In this document: positions 61,091-64,000 of the stretch, in pieces
Layout: each line of letters begins with the position of its first letter
Position numbering within the stretch: the first letter of the stretch is position 1
Assembly: GCA_964392415.1 (NCBI GenBank)
Contig: CAYMPL010000001.1
Location: forward strand, 6,200 to 70,199
Direction of reading: 5' to 3'
Source of the DNA: an uncultured bacterium
GTDB taxonomy: Bacteria > Bdellovibrionota > JACOXK01 > 2-02-FULL-40-11
Length of the DNA: 64,000 bases
The notes under the pieces: model-generated
Database searches by the model: none
What the model was told of the DNA's origin: nothing
The model's input: only the letters and a program-made list of their open reading frames with translations
Made by a program: the position numbers and the translations under genes

Positions 61091-61424
61091 TATATTTTGA
61101 AATTAATTTTCTATCTTGCGCGGATAAAGCTATAAATTTAACGCCAGAACCTGAAGGGCGAGACTCAGTTGAAATATGTGTAAAGGCAACTACTCCGTTT
61201 ACCGTAATTAATCGTGAGGATTTGGGGAGGGTGAATTTAAGAACAGAGCAGGTTTTGTCATTTGGCTTTGCGATTTTACGTTCAAGAAAAACCCCGCCTT
61301 CACTGATATCTCCCGCTTTGTAAAGAAAATAGTAGTCCCCATACTCTTCCCTTACCCACATATTAACTGAAGTCCTTCGATATGCGCGCCGTTCAGGCTG
61401 TTTCGAATTTTTTTTCTTCAGCAC
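61077..61424 (-). CDS. PilZ-domain protein (c-di-GMP binding)
   Basis: RRAYRRTSV (RxxxR) and DISEGGVFL (DxSxGG) motifs. Confidence 0.65.
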   Translation of the reverse strand: MLKKKNSKQPERRAYRRTSVNMWVREEYGDYYFLYKAGDISEGGVFLERKIAKPNDKTCSVLKFTLPKSSRLITVNGVVAFTHISTESRPSGSGVKFIALSAQDRKLISKYISQQ

Positions 61425-61583
61425 GATTCAACATCCTAACAATATCAACCTTATAGAAAAATACTCTAAGAAAACCGCATTTTTTTGTCAAGCATTTATC
61501 CAGGAGACGAAGTTTGAAGGATCATTTTCATTTCTTACACACTTGTAAAACTCTTAAACTCATGTAAATATTTTCATGCATGT

Positions 61584-62264
61584 ATGTATCGGAATAATAT
61601 TCAATGGACGCTCTCAGGGCGCATGACCCCGTTGGTCAAAGCGCTGATCTTGCTCAATAGTTTTGTTTTTATCATCCAGATGATCTTTCATAAGTGGATT
61701 GGCATTGATCTAACGACGATGTTTGGCCTGTCGCCTCTCGACATTCTTTCCAAAGGCTATCTTTGGCAATGTGTGACTTATCTTTTTCTGCATGGGCATT
61801 TGATGCACCTTGTTTTCAATATGTTGGTTCTATGGATGCTGGGGGGAGAAATTGAAGAGCGTGTTTTTAAAGCTGTGGGATTTTTAAAATATTATTTCAT
61901 TTGCGGCATTGGGGCTGCCGTATTTAATGTGATCATTTCTTATCAGTCAGATATTCCGATTATTGGATCGTCGGGAGCGATATATGGAATTTTAGCCGCG
62001 TATGCGATTTTTTTTGGAAACAGACGGCTGATTTTATTTCCATTCCCTGTTCTGATCCCTGCGAAATATTTGATAATAATGATTGGCATCATTGAACTTG
62101 TGAGCTCTATTTTTTACACGAAAGATGGGATCGCGCATGTAGCTCATTTGGGAGGAATGGTGGCAGGTTTTTTGTATATTCGTTATAAAATCAAGGGACC
62201 ACCCGCTTGGTTTCGCCGTAAGAAAAAATTTGTCGTGATTCAGAGCAAAGATTATTTTACTTGA
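61584..62264 (+). CDS. Rhomboid-family intramembrane serine protease
   Basis: HLxxNM, GSSGAIYG catalytic Ser block, AHxxG His in the last TM. Confidence 0.85.
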   Translation: MYRNNIQWTLSGRMTPLVKALILLNSFVFIIQMIFHKWIGIDLTTMFGLSPLDILSKGYLWQCVTYLFLHGHLMHLVFNMLVLWMLGGEIEERVFKAVGFLKYYFICGIGAAVFNVIISYQSDIPIIGSSGAIYGILAAYAIFFGNRRLILFPFPVLIPAKYLIIMIGIIELVSSIFYTKDGIAHVAHLGGMVAGFLYIRYKIKGPPAWFRRKKKFVVIQSKDYFT

Positions 62265-62524
62265 TTTTTAAAATGTCGGCCCGGCCTGAACTTTGGCAGC
62301 TTTTTCTTGGGAATGGTGATTTCTTTTCCTGTCTGAGGATTAACCCCTCGCCTTTCCCGCCGCTTTCCAACACAAAATGTTCCAAAATCTATAAGACGAA
62401 CTGTCTGCCCCTTTTTAACCGTATTTACAATGGTATCCAAAATTCTATTCAAAATGCCTTCTGTCATCATTCTGGTGTGCTTTGTTTCCCGGGCCACTCG
62501 ATCTATGAGTTCCGCTTTATTCAT
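62252..62524 (-). CDS. hup: DNA-binding protein HU/IHF family
   Basis: 90 aa, MNKAELIDRVA...RNPQTGKEI...FKPG signature. Confidence 0.9.
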   Translation of the reverse strand: MNKAELIDRVARETKHTRMMTEGILNRILDTIVNTVKKGQTVRLIDFGTFCVGKRRERRGVNPQTGKEITIPKKKLPKFRPGRHFKNQVK

Positions 62525-62723
62525 TGGATTCTTACTCCTTTCTGTGGATTAAACTTAAGAGACCTCACAACATCAACGATGTTGTGATCGTAAAATCTGC
62601 GTATGGATAAGTCAAGAAAAAAACATTTTTTACGTCGGGAGTTGGAAAAAAAAGTATTTGCGAAAAACAGAGATTCCGTGTTATTAGAAGAAAAACTGCT
62701 TTTGGAAGACGGGGGTTTAAATA

Positions 62724-62903
62724 ATGATTAAACAGGATGCCCGGCTTGTGGATAAACGGGTTATCAAAAGACATATCGCACATAATCTTCTTACAGAGAA
62801 GGAATTCAAGTCTTATCTTGCTTCGCTGAAGGATTCTTCTTCCTCAGCCGAAGAGATTGATATTAACGAAGATGATGCACGTAAGATTTTAGATAAATCT
62901 TAG
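62724..62903 (+). CDS. Small hypothetical protein (59 aa), not in the ORF track because it is under 60 aa
   Basis: RBS GGGGG 7 nt before the ATG; MIKQDARLVDKRVIKRH...; overlaps the selD 3' end by 15 nt. Confidence 0.25.
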   Translation: MIKQDARLVDKRVIKRHIAHNLLTEKEFKSYLASLKDSSSSAEEIDINEDDARKILDKS

Positions 62904-63935
62904 AATAGCCCGATCACTTCTAAAGACCGAACCAATCCGTCGGGATTCCTTTAAACCGGCCGCGTGAAATTTTTTAAGGATCGGGAGGGCTTCCTCCTCC
63001 GGCAAGCTGATGAAAAGCCCCCCTGATGTCTGGGGATCAAAGAAGAGCGTCTCCCATTCTTTTGAAAACGTTCTTTCAAACCAGATGGCATCCTTCACAT
63101 AGAGTCTATTCGTCCGGTCCGCGCGTGTAAGCACCCCTTTTTTTGCAAAATAGAGCGCTTCTTCATAGTACGGCAGGCAATCACTTTCGATCAAGAGCCC
63201 TTTGCTGCTTGCCTGAGCCAACTGAAAGGCATGTCCTGTCAGACCAAAACCGGTGATGTCGGTACAGGCATGGATGGTAAATCCCGCCATGATTTCGGCT
63301 GCTATTTTATTCAATTGGGTCATCCAATGGCAGACATATTCGATCGATTCTTTTGACGCCTTTTTCTTTTTGATCGCTGTGGTAAGAATTCCTGTTCCGA
63401 GCGGTTTTGTGAGAATCAGCGCGTCTCCCTCCTGGGCTCCTTTATTCGTATAAATTTTTTTTGGATGAATCAGCCCTGTCACAGCCATCCCATATTTGAG
63501 CTCAGGATCGGAAACGGTGTGTCCCCCCAGTACCACGACGCCTGCTTCCCAGGCTTTATCCTGCCCCCCAGAGAGAATTTTCTGAAATACTTCGATGGGG
63601 AGGCTGGAAGGAAAGGCGGCAACATTGAGCGCGGTTAAAGGATGTCCCCCCATCGCGTAGACATCGCTCAGCGCATTTGCCGCGGCAATTTGTCCATAAA
63701 TGTAGGGATCATCCACAATGGGCGTAAAAAAATCGACCGTCTGCACGAGGGCTATTTCATCCGAAATTTTATAAACGCCGGCATCGTCGGCCGTCTCCGC
63801 CCCAACCAGAAGGTTTGGATCCGAAGGTGTTTTTAGATGAGCAATAATCTGCCGCAACTCCGTTGGGCTGAATTTAGAGGCTCAACCGGCGCATTTCACT
63901 TTTTCAGTGAGGCGCCAAATATCTTCTTTCGTCAT
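62889..63935 (-). CDS. selD: Selenide, water dikinase (selenophosphate synthetase) with an in-frame UGA selenocysteine codon at complement(63882..63884); N-terminus extended relative to the ORF track
   Basis: Reverse translation MTKEDIWRLTEKVKCAG-[TGA]-ASKFSPTELRQIIAHL...DPNLLVG aligns with E. coli SelD SIRLTQYSHGAGC(17)GCKISPKVLETIL...DPNLLVG, placing TGA at the catalytic Cys17 position. Confidence 0.85.
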
Positions 63936-64000
63936 ATATGAATTTACGCTGCCGCCGGCTGCCGGCTGATTTCGAGTTTTCGCAGATCTCCCTTAATTTC

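Noticed and set aside
63835-63881. Assigning a specific SECIS hairpin downstream of the selD UGA
   Set aside because: Several short complementary segments exist, but I could not fold a convincing bacterial SECIS by eye; this needs computational folding.

Overview
This window is a densely coded bacterial chromosomal segment of about 45% GC with frequent GGG Gly codons and poly-G runs. Most genes are housekeeping: nadK, a PP2C phosphatase, an M23 peptidase, yggS, prs, lgt, citrate synthase, cysDNC, tgt-yajC-secDF-recJ, a queuosine cluster (queD-folE2-queC), eno, HU and a rhomboid protease. It also holds envelope and secreted protein genes: S8 and S41 proteases, a 1020-aa Met-zincin, NagZ, porin-like outer-membrane proteins (OMPs) and lipoproteins. 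Six things stand out from my reading. (1) A tRNA-Sec gene (selC) with an 8-bp acceptor stem and UCA anticodon lies between the S8 protease and a TPR gene, and the ORF track misses it. (2) The selD gene at the right edge carries an in-frame TGA at the position of the catalytic Cys, so SelD is a selenoprotein and the ORF track truncated its N-terminus. (3) A dispersed roughly 30-nt repeat family (GTCATYCYGAG, then a variable hairpin core, then GARGRATCTC) occurs at least 10 times. It sits at gene ends, sometimes as inverted pairs, but also in frame inside coding regions (yggS, cysC, and an FGE-sulfatase protein where it appears to supply the start codon and signal-peptide n-region). (4) tRNA-Phe is followed by a 44-bp direct repeat of its own 3' half about 2.9 kb downstream. 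The repeats bracket an integrase-less islet with a secreted thermonuclease, small membrane proteins and lipoproteins and an XRE regulator, with a RelE/Phd toxin-antitoxin pair just outside. (5) Cobalamin-independent methionine synthase is split into separate N-domain and C-domain (core-MetE) genes, with a third divergent paralog in tandem. (6) Several near-consensus sigma-54 promoters (TGGYAY-N5-TTGC) lie directly upstream of outer-membrane and lipoprotein genes, and a GAF-domain sigma-54 activator is encoded in the window. All calls rest on motifs read directly from the sequence and on recalled family signatures; no database searches were run.
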